In this document: positions 10,201-18,257 of the stretch, piece by piece | Position numbering within the stretch: position 1 is the stretch's first letter | Layout: each line of letters opens with the position of its first letter | Source of the DNA: Calditrichota bacterium | GTDB taxonomy: Bacteria > Zhuqueibacterota > Zhuqueibacteria > Thermofontimicrobiales > Thermofontimicrobiaceae | Reading direction: 5' to 3' | NCBI GenBank assembly: GCA_013152715.1 | Contig: JAADFU010000075.1 | Span: 1,804 to 65,803 of the forward strand | DNA: 64,000 bases | The notes under the pieces: generated by a model | Databases searched by the model: none | What the model saw: only the letters and a program-made list of their open reading frames with translations | What the model was told of the DNA's origin: nothing | Program-made: the position numbers and the translations under genes

Positions 10201-10821
10201 ATCGTCCATCACGTAAAAGCTCTCCTGATCCGCGTTGAACACATTTTTTCCGAAATAGCCATTCCAAGCAGCCACATTGGGATCGCCGTCTTCGGCGTCA
10301 TTTCGCCAGCCGGGATCAACCATATCGCCCATTTTGTCAGGCCAAAAAGCAGGCCAGGTCGCTCGATATTGCGGACTGGCGTTGAGGTCGGTCATGGCGA
10401 CGTCATTGCTGTCGGGATTGGCGTAGCCAGGCAGCGGCATCCAGGTGAACCACTCGCCGTTGGGACCAATCTCGCCGCGTCTGGCGCTGCCGGTTCCTTT
10501 CAGCGGACCGTCCGGCGTGATTACGATTGGCTGCCCGTTTGCGCCGAGCGAATCGATGATCGTGCCCACGATTGTACAGGCATCACCCACGTAAATGTGT
10601 CCCGAATTTTTAGGCCACTCGCCGCCGAAGTCGTTGGGATTGTCCACTTTCCTGCCAAAAAATCCGGTATTGTAAAAAGTTGTTTTTATTTGATTCCCGG
10701 AATGAAGTCCGCTGCGAACTTCGCCAGGATCGCCGTGTGGAGTAATTTGAGCAAAAGCGAGGTAAGGCGTGAATGCCCAGATCGCCATTAAGCCAGTGAG
10801 AAAACGTTTCACATATCGCAT
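7291..10821 (-). CDS. large secreted surface protein with Ca-binding DxDxDG repeats, an Fn3-like module and a T9SS C-terminal sorting domain
   Basis: Signal peptide (LMAIWAFTPYLAFAQ). Aspartate-rich repeats (DGIDNDGDGL, DDNIDNNLNGIIDENNG, DDGIDNDGDWDPLADDVGLDGKANTGDPGEGDG). Fn3-like segment (GDGKVTLYWDSIAEESEDPITGKDFEGYRIYRSTD). C-terminus VVPNPYIV...TIRIFNVRGQLINTIEHD...YGVYVYHIDAGKWGQKIGKFAVIK resembles the FlgD-Ig/T9SS type sorting domain. Confidence 0.8.
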   Translation of the reverse strand: MRYVKRFLTGLMAIWAFTPYLAFAQITPHGDPGEVRSGLHSGNQIKTTFYNTGFFGRKVDNPNDFGGEWPKNSGHIYVGDACTIVGTIIDSLGANGQPIVITPDGPLKGTGSARRGEIGPNGEWFTWMPLPGYANPDSNDVAMTDLNASPQYRATWPAFWPDKMGDMVDPGWRNDAEDGDPNVAAWNGYFGKNVFNADQESFYVMDDYQDAEYPFYPDSTDTTRRGLGLRATVRGFQWSNALVEDALFWLFDITNIGTTNYTKMIFGMMIGNMLGNTRTMQGDFNDDSAEYDLLEDLAISYDYDGIGSGGWGPVGVLGYAFLESPGNPYDGIDNDGDGLAFAGPTISEDMFAPRSYQVGEQIVLIDYETYERTVTTMPADGITYRHNGKTYTVLPNQTVREIPDDNIDNNLNGIIDENNGAVIGTPPDTTHVYLYIGLPYKDYILGAGLSNPLIDERRDDGIDNDGDWDPLADDVGLDGKANTGDPGEGDGVPTSGRGTDLPGEPHIDKTDIDESDMIGLTSLYIFYPFDAIPLYDDNKIWKYMQPGYLKAEVIENKDADFQFGSGYFPLKVGQTERFSIAMIFGDGPRHDKNSDIYRNKEWVSKAYNENYNFAKAPYAPTLTAVPGDGKVTLYWDSIAEESEDPITGKDFEGYRIYRSTDTQFKDMTQITDAFGSETFMEPIAQFDLVNEYQGFTYTHRNPDNSTTDYQVVPVKGVQFYLGNNSGLKHSFVDTDVKNGYTYYYAITAYDHGDPSPDKQIPPTESAIQISIDASGNISKGRNVAIVQPESPSAGFVAADIDTIAAVSALKPSGYFAYEIVDPAMVKDNHHYRITFEDSVRSGSVAEGDTLSTKCWTLADVTFESEGTIDTLIERSRKLSPLDEQPIIDGFQLSTHNSKFIQIDRSKSHWSRDSLYTMSFKVFKVGFVTGTMYPSDYKIIFGEVGMDTSKYLKVTRVELMPKPVNFRVYNMSTARFIDFAFWEVHGDDGVFSSDYNDQDLIILLERDENDSLIVTWEFKTVYDARLKAPAAGDTAYVILSKPFLSSMTLEFTTHKEKIDDEQAKSDLDKIRVVPNPYIVTNSWEPLNPYSSGHGPRELHFINLPPKCTIRIFNVRGQLINTIEHDAYIGAGDPQIWNGTEIWNMLTRDNLDISYGVYVYHIDAGKWGQKIGKFAVIK

Positions 10822-10839
10822 ACGTTACCTCTATTTTCA

Positions 10840-13647
10840 TTAAAAATTAAAAGCCAAACCGAGTTGCACCTGTCTCGGCTCTGTGTACCATTCGGGATGT
10901 GTGAAAAATTCTTCCAGAGAGCCCACTCGTTTCGGATCTCCTGAAATCCCCAGCGCGTCCAGGGTGTAATCCGGCGAGCCGGTGTCTGTCCAGACCCAGG
11001 TCGCATTGGGCGTATCGAAAATATTGTAAATATTGACAAAAATATTGGCATTGAAATTGGAAATTTTAATGGCATAATTAAAATACATATCAAACGAATA
11101 TTGATTGGGCAGACGATCGCTATTATCGCGCAGCGCATTGTAAACGCCGCCGCCAGTGACAGTGCCCTTGGGGAAACGAGGCGTGTAAGGCATGCCGCTC
11201 CAAAATCTGCCGAGAAATGAAACGCGCCATTTTTGCGTGCCGACGCCGAGAGAGCCGTTCAGTGTGTGCCGGCGATCCCAACTCATGGGAATCAACTGCC
11301 GCTGCGGCTCGCGCTGAGCATTTTCAGCAAAATAGGCATCCGCCGGATTGGAATGACTGCCATCGGCAATCATAAATGAGTAATCAACGCTGGCGGAAAA
11401 ATAATGAGAATAGCGCTTATTCAACGACAGCGTGAAACCGCGCACGTTGGAATAATCTTTATTTTCAAAACGGGAATATTTGACGCTGCCGTAGGTGTCG
11501 ATGAGCGGGCTGGTTCCCACCCAATCGCGCACGTCACGGTAAAACATGGTCACATCAATTCCCACGTCATCAGCGATTTGCTGCTGCAAGCCAATTTCGT
11601 ACATGACGGTCTTCTGCGGCCGCAAATCCGCGTTTCCGATGATGCGCGACCCCTCGGCTTCGGTGACTTTAAAATCGGGGCTGGAATAAAGATAATTAAA
11701 AAGCGGAATCTGGAAAAAATGACCGTAGGAAAAATGAATCACGCCGCGCGACGTGATCGGATAAGCGATGCCCAGACGCGGACTGACCTTGTATTTTGCT
11801 GTTGCGTCTTTGTACCAAAATTTTCTCCGTTCTGCGAGGGGAATAATATTAGACGCATCGTCAAGTTGCGGCTCGGGCAGATCCGGATCATAATATTTGT
11901 GCGCAGCAAGCTGCGGCTGAAAAATGTTCGGATCTTTGGGATCAGCCAGAACAACGCCATCGGGCTCGAAATAGTCAAACCGAACCCCAATGTTCACGAT
12001 CATATCTTTGAGTTCAATTTTATCCTGCAAATACGCGGCAAACTCCAGCGGGCGATGCGTGTATTTATCGTGGTAGGGCGTCGTTACATCCGGAACATAG
12101 GGCTGAAAAGGTACAATTTCCGTATTTCCTTTACGCTTCGGCTGGATATTGAACCATTCCAGATTTAGCTCATGCCGCCGCAATTCTATCCCTGCTTTGA
12201 ATTGGTGCGCTTTATTCCATTGATTCACCAGATCAAATTTCACAATACGATAGCCGGTGCTGCGAAAAAAATGATCCATTTTCGTGCCGGCGCGTTTGAA
12301 GCTGTAAGAAACCGGATCGCGCAGAGAATCAGGATGCACGTAGCCGAGCGGGCTATTGGGATCGATGATAAACGTATTTCCGCTCGTATCCGCCGGGTTG
12401 GGAATGTAACGCACGGTTTGATAGGGATTTTTGAAAACGTATTGCTGGTAGTCAGTGTAAAAATCTGTAAATTTTAGTTCGTAAAATGTTCTCGGTGAAA
12501 GTACGTGATTGAGACTGACGATGTGAGTTCTGCCCGTCTCAAATCGCTCGTAGTCGCCTTCGGGATTGTATTTGAACGAATGGTCGTAATTGCGAAATTT
12601 GTTATCGTTCCAGAACAAGCCATAAGTCAATTTCATCATTGACGTCAAGTTGTAACTCACTTTAATTTGAGAAGAAATTTTTCGAAATGGATTGAGAGAA
12701 ACCCACTCGTCAGTAGAGCGATAGCCTGTGGGGAGATATCGTTTCCTGCCGTAAAACCAACCTTCATTTTTAAAATAGCGTATCATGGAGAAAAAATGTA
12801 ATTTTGATTTCAGAAAAGGAATCGGGCCGCTCAAATTCCCCTGCAAATTAGCAACGGACAATGGGTTGATGTAATCCAGATGGTCGAAAATATTCGTTCT
12901 GTCGGTCACATAATCGCCCATGTAATACCGGATTTCACCGTGATAATCCTTGCCGCCTTCTTTGGTAACGATATTCACGATACCGGACATTGCCTGACCG
13001 TATTCCGCATTAAAAGTTCCGCTCACGACCTGCAATTCCTGAATGGACGCATTTTCCACTTGCACGCCCAAATTTCCCGAATAAACGTCCGTGGCAGCGA
13101 TGCCGTCGATCCAATATGCCACTTCTCCGGAACGACCGCCACGCACGTGGAGTCCGCCCACAGGGTCTTTCACCAGACCGGCTTGCAACTCCAGCACATC
13201 GCCCATCTCCTGTACCGGCAGACCTTTGATTTCGTCAGCGCTTACAGCGGAAAGGGATGACGTCATGTCTTTCTGAACAATTTCGCGTTCAGCGACCACA
13301 GTCACCTCGCCCCCTAAATCCACAACTTGAGTACGAAGGCTAAAATTCACTGTCGTCGTCAAATCAATAGACACGCGCACTTTTTCCATTCGCTGCGCCT
13401 GATAACCGATCATACTCGCCTTTAAAGTGTACGTCCCGGGAGGAATGTTGATGATGACAAAATAGCCTTCCAGATCGCTCGCCGCGCCCATTGTCGTGCC
13501 TTCCATAATAATATTGGCACCAGGCAGCGGATCGCCGGTCTCGGCATCTTTCACATAGCCGGTAATCTTCCCGGTAATTCCCGCCATCGCCGCAGTTGTG
13601 AAAAACAAAAAACAAACGATAAAAAAGAACTTTCCTGCAATTTTCAT
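10840..13647 (-). CDS. TonB-dependent outer-membrane receptor with CarboxypepD_reg-like N-terminal domain
   Basis: Signal peptide; GKITGYVKDAETGDPLPGANIIMEGTTMGAASDLEGYFVIINIPPGTYTLKASMIGYQ (CarboxypepD_reg-like); plug motifs (LHVRGGRSGEVAYWIDG, SGTFNAEYGQAMSGIVNIVTKEGG); long beta-barrel ending in the aromatic residue LGLAFNF. Confidence 0.9.
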   Translation of the reverse strand: MKIAGKFFFIVCFLFFTTAAMAGITGKITGYVKDAETGDPLPGANIIMEGTTMGAASDLEGYFVIINIPPGTYTLKASMIGYQAQRMEKVRVSIDLTTTVNFSLRTQVVDLGGEVTVVAEREIVQKDMTSSLSAVSADEIKGLPVQEMGDVLELQAGLVKDPVGGLHVRGGRSGEVAYWIDGIAATDVYSGNLGVQVENASIQELQVVSGTFNAEYGQAMSGIVNIVTKEGGKDYHGEIRYYMGDYVTDRTNIFDHLDYINPLSVANLQGNLSGPIPFLKSKLHFFSMIRYFKNEGWFYGRKRYLPTGYRSTDEWVSLNPFRKISSQIKVSYNLTSMMKLTYGLFWNDNKFRNYDHSFKYNPEGDYERFETGRTHIVSLNHVLSPRTFYELKFTDFYTDYQQYVFKNPYQTVRYIPNPADTSGNTFIIDPNSPLGYVHPDSLRDPVSYSFKRAGTKMDHFFRSTGYRIVKFDLVNQWNKAHQFKAGIELRRHELNLEWFNIQPKRKGNTEIVPFQPYVPDVTTPYHDKYTHRPLEFAAYLQDKIELKDMIVNIGVRFDYFEPDGVVLADPKDPNIFQPQLAAHKYYDPDLPEPQLDDASNIIPLAERRKFWYKDATAKYKVSPRLGIAYPITSRGVIHFSYGHFFQIPLFNYLYSSPDFKVTEAEGSRIIGNADLRPQKTVMYEIGLQQQIADDVGIDVTMFYRDVRDWVGTSPLIDTYGSVKYSRFENKDYSNVRGFTLSLNKRYSHYFSASVDYSFMIADGSHSNPADAYFAENAQREPQRQLIPMSWDRRHTLNGSLGVGTQKWRVSFLGRFWSGMPYTPRFPKGTVTGGGVYNALRDNSDRLPNQYSFDMYFNYAIKISNFNANIFVNIYNIFDTPNATWVWTDTGSPDYTLDALGISGDPKRVGSLEEFFTHPEWYTEPRQVQLGLAFNF

Positions 13648-13698
13648 GACCTGTCCCTTTCGAAGAAAATTTTATATTTTTTTAAGGACAATCACTAA

Positions 13699-14754
13699 TT
13701 AACCGGCTTGTTTCAATTCCGGCCTTGTACCGCAAGTATCTCGAATGATAAGTTTGGGATGGAGCAATTTATGGAACACACCTTTATGCTCCACGCCGTT
13801 GTTGATTTTTCCGATGAGATGATCGACAGCAATTTCCCCCATTTCACGCATGGGCTGTTTCATCGTCGTCAATCCAAGATATTCTGATAATTCGATTCCA
13901 TCAAATCCGATGATTGCAATATCTTTGGGGATTCTCAAACGATTACGTTTTACCTCTTGCATTGCGCCAGCCGCCTGAATGTCAGAAGCGGCAAAAATCG
14001 CCGTCGGTCTGTCCTCGGCCAAAGAAAGAATCTGCCGCACTCCTTCTATTCCTGCCTGCTTATTAAAACCATCGTTGTGATAGATTTCAGGATCGGCATC
14101 GTCATTCACATGAAAAATCGCTCTTTTATCGGGAATCAAATTATTATCGCCAAGCGCCTGCATGAAACCTTCGAGCCGTGTTTTTGCCGGATTGCTGCGC
14201 AAATTGCCATTGATCATACCAATTTTTTTGTGACCTAACTTTATTAGATGCTCAGTTGCCTGAAAAGCACCTTCTTTATTTTCTACACAAATGGAATCCA
14301 GCAGCGGATGGTAAGCATCAACAAGGATTATTGGCAATTTAGACTGGACAAACTTTTCCGCCAGAGAATCGTTGATTGCCATCGACGAAAGCAGCACGCC
14401 ATCCACGCGACGTTCGCGCAGCGCTTTTTTCAGAAATTGATCTTTTCTTTCAATTTGATCCACACTGTACAAAATCAAATCATAGCCGTACTGACTGAGC
14501 GCCTGCTGCACGCCATTCAGCATTTCAAAATAAAAATAGCCTGTAAAAAACGGTACAATACAGGCTATGGTGTTCGTCCTTCTGCGTGCCAATCCCTGAG
14601 CCATGACCGACGGCTGATATTTTAACTCCTTAATCACCCGCAGCACTTTTTCTCTGGTCTTCGGCGAAATCTGAGGGCTGTCGTTGATCACCCGGGAAAC
14701 AGTACCAATACCCACGCCGGCTTTTCTGGCAACATCGTAAATAGTAACTCTCAT
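13699..14754 (-). CDS. LacI-family transcriptional regulator
   Basis: N-terminal HTH MRVTIYDVARKAGVGIGTVSRVINDSPQISPKTREKVLRVIKELKYQPS followed by a periplasmic-binding-protein-like sugar-binding fold. ATG at 14754; the track start at 14757 is a TTG one codon upstream. Confidence 0.9.
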   Translation of the reverse strand: MRVTIYDVARKAGVGIGTVSRVINDSPQISPKTREKVLRVIKELKYQPSVMAQGLARRRTNTIACIVPFFTGYFYFEMLNGVQQALSQYGYDLILYSVDQIERKDQFLKKALRERRVDGVLLSSMAINDSLAEKFVQSKLPIILVDAYHPLLDSICVENKEGAFQATEHLIKLGHKKIGMINGNLRSNPAKTRLEGFMQALGDNNLIPDKRAIFHVNDDADPEIYHNDGFNKQAGIEGVRQILSLAEDRPTAIFAASDIQAAGAMQEVKRNRLRIPKDIAIIGFDGIELSEYLGLTTMKQPMREMGEIAVDHLIGKINNGVEHKGVFHKLLHPKLIIRDTCGTRPELKQAG

Positions 14755-14774
14755 CAAAATTTATTCCCATTTTA

Positions 14775-14788
14775 TGGAAGCGGTTCCA
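14775..14788. promoter_or_regulatory. candidate LacI-family operator (14-bp near-palindrome TGGAAGCGGTTCCA)
   Basis: Fits the generic LacI/CcpA-type half-site arrangement TGnAAnCGnTTnCA, with 12 of 14 positions symmetric. It lies 21 nt upstream of the lacI-family ATG and just downstream of the predicted -10 box. I found no second copy in the window. Confidence 0.55.
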
Positions 14789-14797
14789 AAGATGTCT

Positions 14798-14827
14798 ATA
14801 ATATAAAAATTTTTACAAAGATGTCAA
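14798..14827 (-). promoter_or_regulatory. sigma70-like promoter for the LacI/TonB-receptor operon
   Basis: The minus strand reads TTGACA (14827-14822), an 18-nt spacer, then TATTAT (14803-14798), followed by the operator. Confidence 0.45.
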
Positions 14828-15029
14828 GGATTTTTTTACATTTTTGAAAAAAATTTGACGGAGGGGAAAAATTGGGAGAGATCAGTTTGATGGGGAAATG
14901 TTTTTTCGATGGCAGGAAAACTTTTATCATGTAATCTGTGCCAAGTCAACTTATTTAATATCCGCGAAAATCCGCCTGATCCGCGTGTTTCCGTGTGCCA
15001 TTCTTTTAATCCAATTTTCAGAAAATACC

Positions 15030-15473
15030 TCATGACGAGCTAAAATAATCTCCTTTTTTCATTTTTTCTCTGATGATTTGGTTCCTTTTCTCGATAAAAG
15101 GCTTCCAATCCAGATAATCGCGAACCGTAATTTCCCAGAAATGTGCCCTTGCTTTTTTGTCTCGTTCAAAAATTAACTTCCCGTCGCGAATGACGCGATA
15201 ATTGAGATCAAGCGGCGTTTCATTCAAAAAGACAAGATCGATCTGCTCCGCGCCCAACAGATTCATCAACGCAGCTAATTCTTTGAGCCTCAACCTGAAC
15301 AAATCTTCCGCTATTTTCGTCTGATCGATATAGACTGCAATATCGATGTCGCTCAATGGCGTAAATTTCCCTCTCGCCATGGAACCAAAAAGGTAAGCAA
15401 AAGCAATGTAATCTTTGCCGGCAAAATATTTTTTTAGTTTCTGTTCAATTTTTGAAAATGGAAGATTTTTCAT
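15030..15473 (-). CDS. MntA-like minimal nucleotidyltransferase (type VII antitoxin-like)
   Basis: NTase signature FAYLFGSMARGKFTPLSDIDIAVY (GS-x9-DxD). I prefer ATG 15473 (MKNLPFSKIEQKLKKYF...) over the track's GTG at 15530. Confidence 0.7.
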   Translation of the reverse strand: MKNLPFSKIEQKLKKYFAGKDYIAFAYLFGSMARGKFTPLSDIDIAVYIDQTKIAEDLFRLRLKELAALMNLLGAEQIDLVFLNETPLDLNYRVIRDGKLIFERDKKARAHFWEITVRDYLDWKPFIEKRNQIIREKMKKGDYFSSS

Positions 15474-15641
15474 TTCAACATCATCAAATTTGTATTTAAT
15501 CGAAAAATTAGTACACCCAATTTCTGGCACATCATTTTGCTTGCTATAGAGAAGCTAACAAATTATTTTTACGAAATCAAGTATTTTTTGAAAACAAAAG
15601 AAAAGGAAAAGTTCTCATTTCTCATTACGATTTTTCATTTC

Positions 15642-17804
15642 TCAAATAAAATCCGCACCTCGCGGTCCTGAATCCGGCGTAACTCGTTTGTATTTCCCGG
15701 AAAGCCAATTTTTCAAATCTGAGCAATACCATTTGGAAAATCGCCGGTCAGAAGGACCGCCGATGAGATTGGTGAAAATTTCGTCGGCGGCAAAATCGGT
15801 GACAAAACGGAACGACGGCAAAAAGGTCGTGTCCCTGCCAGCGCTGCGGTAAATCTGCCCCTGGTGAATCGTGGCGCGTCCGCCGATACTCACCACAGGG
15901 CCGCGATCAAAGCCGAGAAAACGCGGCAATTTTCCGCCGAACAGAATATTTGTCAGCGTGAATTCTTGTACGGATTTCCATTTCTTCGGTTTTGTCTTGA
16001 GCGCCCGTTCCGCTGCCGCGCGAAAAATTTCTTCCCTACTTCTCCCTTCAAACCACGCCGAATTTTCCGAGAGTAAAACCCGGTCAAAATTCTCGTAAAA
16101 ATCAACAAAAATTCCTGTCTCCCCTTTCAGATGATCCACAACCTGCTCACCAATTCCTCCTTTGCCGAAAACCTCGCGATATAGTTCAGCATAAAATTTT
16201 TCAAACAAATACGCCCCCTCGGAATCGGCTGAATATTGCAAATCCCACTCTCGCAGAATTTTCCCCTGCGCCGTGTCCGGCAACAACGGCTTTAAAATTT
16301 TCATGAAATATTCCGCTTGCAGCGAGTAAACATCGTAGTGCATACGAAAAACATCTTCAATGGAGAAATTGTCACTTTTTTCAAGCAAACTTTTGATTCG
16401 ATCTGCCCGGTAGGCGCCCATGGGCATATTGATTGGTTTCGCTTTGCCAAATTCATTTAAATTGTTATTTGCCGTCACCAAAAAGCCTTCGCTGGAATTT
16501 TTCGCGCGCGGCAATTCTTCAGCAGAATAAAAACCTTGCCACGCATTTTCCTTCTTCCACGCTGGCAAAGGCACAAATCCACTCACTCCTTTTCTTCGTT
16601 TGGGAATTCTTCCGGTCATTTGATAGCCGATTTCACCATGTGCGTCCGCGAAAAGAAAATTCCAGCTACTTTCCAGAGGTCCCAATGTCGCCATTCCATC
16701 ATCCACCGTTTTAGCGTCCCACATACGGAGAACGCCCGAAATCGCCAGTGCCCCGGAATCTGCAGCCGCCCATTTGATCGTCAAATAAAATCCCTCCTGA
16801 AACGGATCGCCGTCCAGTGTGCCGAGCTCATTTTCAAAAAAGATGATTTCCTGCGGTTCTTTCTTTTTTCTTTTGATGATTTCTTTCCGTTGCCGGAATT
16901 TCAGCCACTGATTTTTTTCTTCGCGAAAATATTCGCCGTCTTTGCATTTTTCGACCCAGGAATCCACCGCATCAGCGAAAGTGTAGGTAACGCCCCAGGT
17001 AAGGTCGGGATTTCTGCCGACCAAAACTCCCGGAAAACCGGGCATCGCGCCGCCCATGATGTAGCGGTCGCCGGATTTGAGCACAATTTCGCTCCACACA
17101 TTGGGCAGGCGATTGACTTCGAGATGGGGATCGTTCGCCGCAAGAGGTTTTCCTGAACGAGTTTTTTCCCCGGAAATCACCCAATTGTTCGACGCCATCA
17201 TCCGCGGCGCGCCAATTCCCCAGAGCAAATTTGGCGGGACAACTCGTTCGGGCAAAGTCACTTTCTTGAGCAATTCCGTGTCCAGCCCGCCCAAAATTCC
17301 CGGAAAAAGTTCATTGAGTTTTTCTTCGGGAATTGCTGCCTGCACCATTTCCACGAACAACCTCTCCATTTCCGCCTGTGATTGCGCCAGCGACAAATAG
17401 CCGATCATGCGGGAAATCAGCACAGAATCTTCCGGCTGCCACTTTTCCGGTTTGTAGCCCAACAATTTAAATTCCCACGGAACCCGTTCAGCAAAACCGG
17501 CATTGACGCCGTCGCAGTAGGAAATTACGTACTGCCTGATGCGGTCGTCTAACTTTTCGATTTCCTGCGCTGTGTTGTTCGCCCAGTTCATTTTGCGGAA
17601 AAAGATGTCTATTTTCAGGGAATCCTCGCTGGAATCGAGCAATTCAGACACGCGCCCCTGTCCCAAAATCCGCATCAGCAATAGCTGCATGCCGCGATCA
17701 GTTGCGTGGACGTAACCCTGTCCTCGATACATGTCGTTTTCATTTTCAGCTTCCACGTGCGGAATGCCATTTTTATCCCGCCAGATTTTGAAGTTCTTTT
17801 TCAT
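15642..17804 (-). CDS. penicillin-acylase-family (Ntn hydrolase) protein, no signal peptide
   Basis: Autoprocessing/catalytic motif MASNNWVISGEKTRSGKPLAANDPHL, with colinear alpha- and beta-subunit regions. I place the start at ATG 17804 (MKKNFKIWRDKNGIPHVEAEN), which has GGAG upstream. The track's longer N-terminus is read through the 17823-17855 hairpin. Confidence 0.85.
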   Translation of the reverse strand: MKKNFKIWRDKNGIPHVEAENENDMYRGQGYVHATDRGMQLLLMRILGQGRVSELLDSSEDSLKIDIFFRKMNWANNTAQEIEKLDDRIRQYVISYCDGVNAGFAERVPWEFKLLGYKPEKWQPEDSVLISRMIGYLSLAQSQAEMERLFVEMVQAAIPEEKLNELFPGILGGLDTELLKKVTLPERVVPPNLLWGIGAPRMMASNNWVISGEKTRSGKPLAANDPHLEVNRLPNVWSEIVLKSGDRYIMGGAMPGFPGVLVGRNPDLTWGVTYTFADAVDSWVEKCKDGEYFREEKNQWLKFRQRKEIIKRKKKEPQEIIFFENELGTLDGDPFQEGFYLTIKWAAADSGALAISGVLRMWDAKTVDDGMATLGPLESSWNFLFADAHGEIGYQMTGRIPKRRKGVSGFVPLPAWKKENAWQGFYSAEELPRAKNSSEGFLVTANNNLNEFGKAKPINMPMGAYRADRIKSLLEKSDNFSIEDVFRMHYDVYSLQAEYFMKILKPLLPDTAQGKILREWDLQYSADSEGAYLFEKFYAELYREVFGKGGIGEQVVDHLKGETGIFVDFYENFDRVLLSENSAWFEGRSREEIFRAAAERALKTKPKKWKSVQEFTLTNILFGGKLPRFLGFDRGPVVSIGGRATIHQGQIYRSAGRDTTFLPSFRFVTDFAADEIFTNLIGGPSDRRFSKWYCSDLKNWLSGKYKRVTPDSGPRGADFI

Positions 17805-17822
17805 TGAGACGCTCCGTTTTTT

Positions 17823-17855
17823 AAGTGTGCGCCACCTCGAAGGTGGAGTACACTT
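17823..17855 (-). repeat. 33-nt hairpin immediately 5' of the acylase Shine-Dalgarno; copy 2 of the 6136-6168 family
   Basis: aagtgtgcgccacct-cga-aggtggagtacactt. It is 23 of 33 nt identical to the 6136-6168 copy, with three compensatory base-pair changes, and sits 18 nt upstream of ATG 17804. Confidence 0.65.
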
Positions 17856-18151
17856 TTGCTTCAAAGTTAAATTAATCAAAATTGCTTCAGCAAACAGGTT
17901 ATTCTAATAAGACAAATTTTTTGCAGAAAGTCAAGGGAGAAATTCGTTGCTGGTAAAAAATTCTTCCTATTATTTTTAAGGATAATTGCTATTTTCTATT
18001 TACGCATCCAATGAGCCATTTTAAAATTTGCAGGCGGCATGATTATTGTTGTTTGTCTGCTACAGTCATTAAATAGCAATTTATTCATTTTTGCAATTTC
18101 GATTTGACAATAAAAATGGACAAACAATTTTCAAAATGAACTACTTTTGTA

Positions 18152-18180
18152 TTGACTTTTTCAAAATTATCTTTTATAAT
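18152..18180 (+). promoter_or_regulatory. sigma70-like promoter of the DUF3365 histidine kinase gene
   Basis: TTGACT (18152-18157), a 17-nt spacer, then TATAAT (18175-18180), about 78 nt upstream of ATG 18258. Confidence 0.5.
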
Positions 18181-18257
18181 AGAGAGAGAAATTGGAATTT
18201 TTGCTTCTCTATCCTTAAGTCGTCCCAATTTTTCGCCCATTTCAAAAAAGGAAAAAA

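Noticed and set aside
9529-10791. 420-aa plus-strand ORF and similar long antisense ORFs (e.g. 3444-4175, 4865-5464, 11404-12168, 16536-17156, 42755-43249, 49823-50410)
   Set aside because: All lie entirely opposite well-supported genes. They have R/H/F/I-rich, low-complexity translations with no recognisable motifs. They are shadow ORFs.
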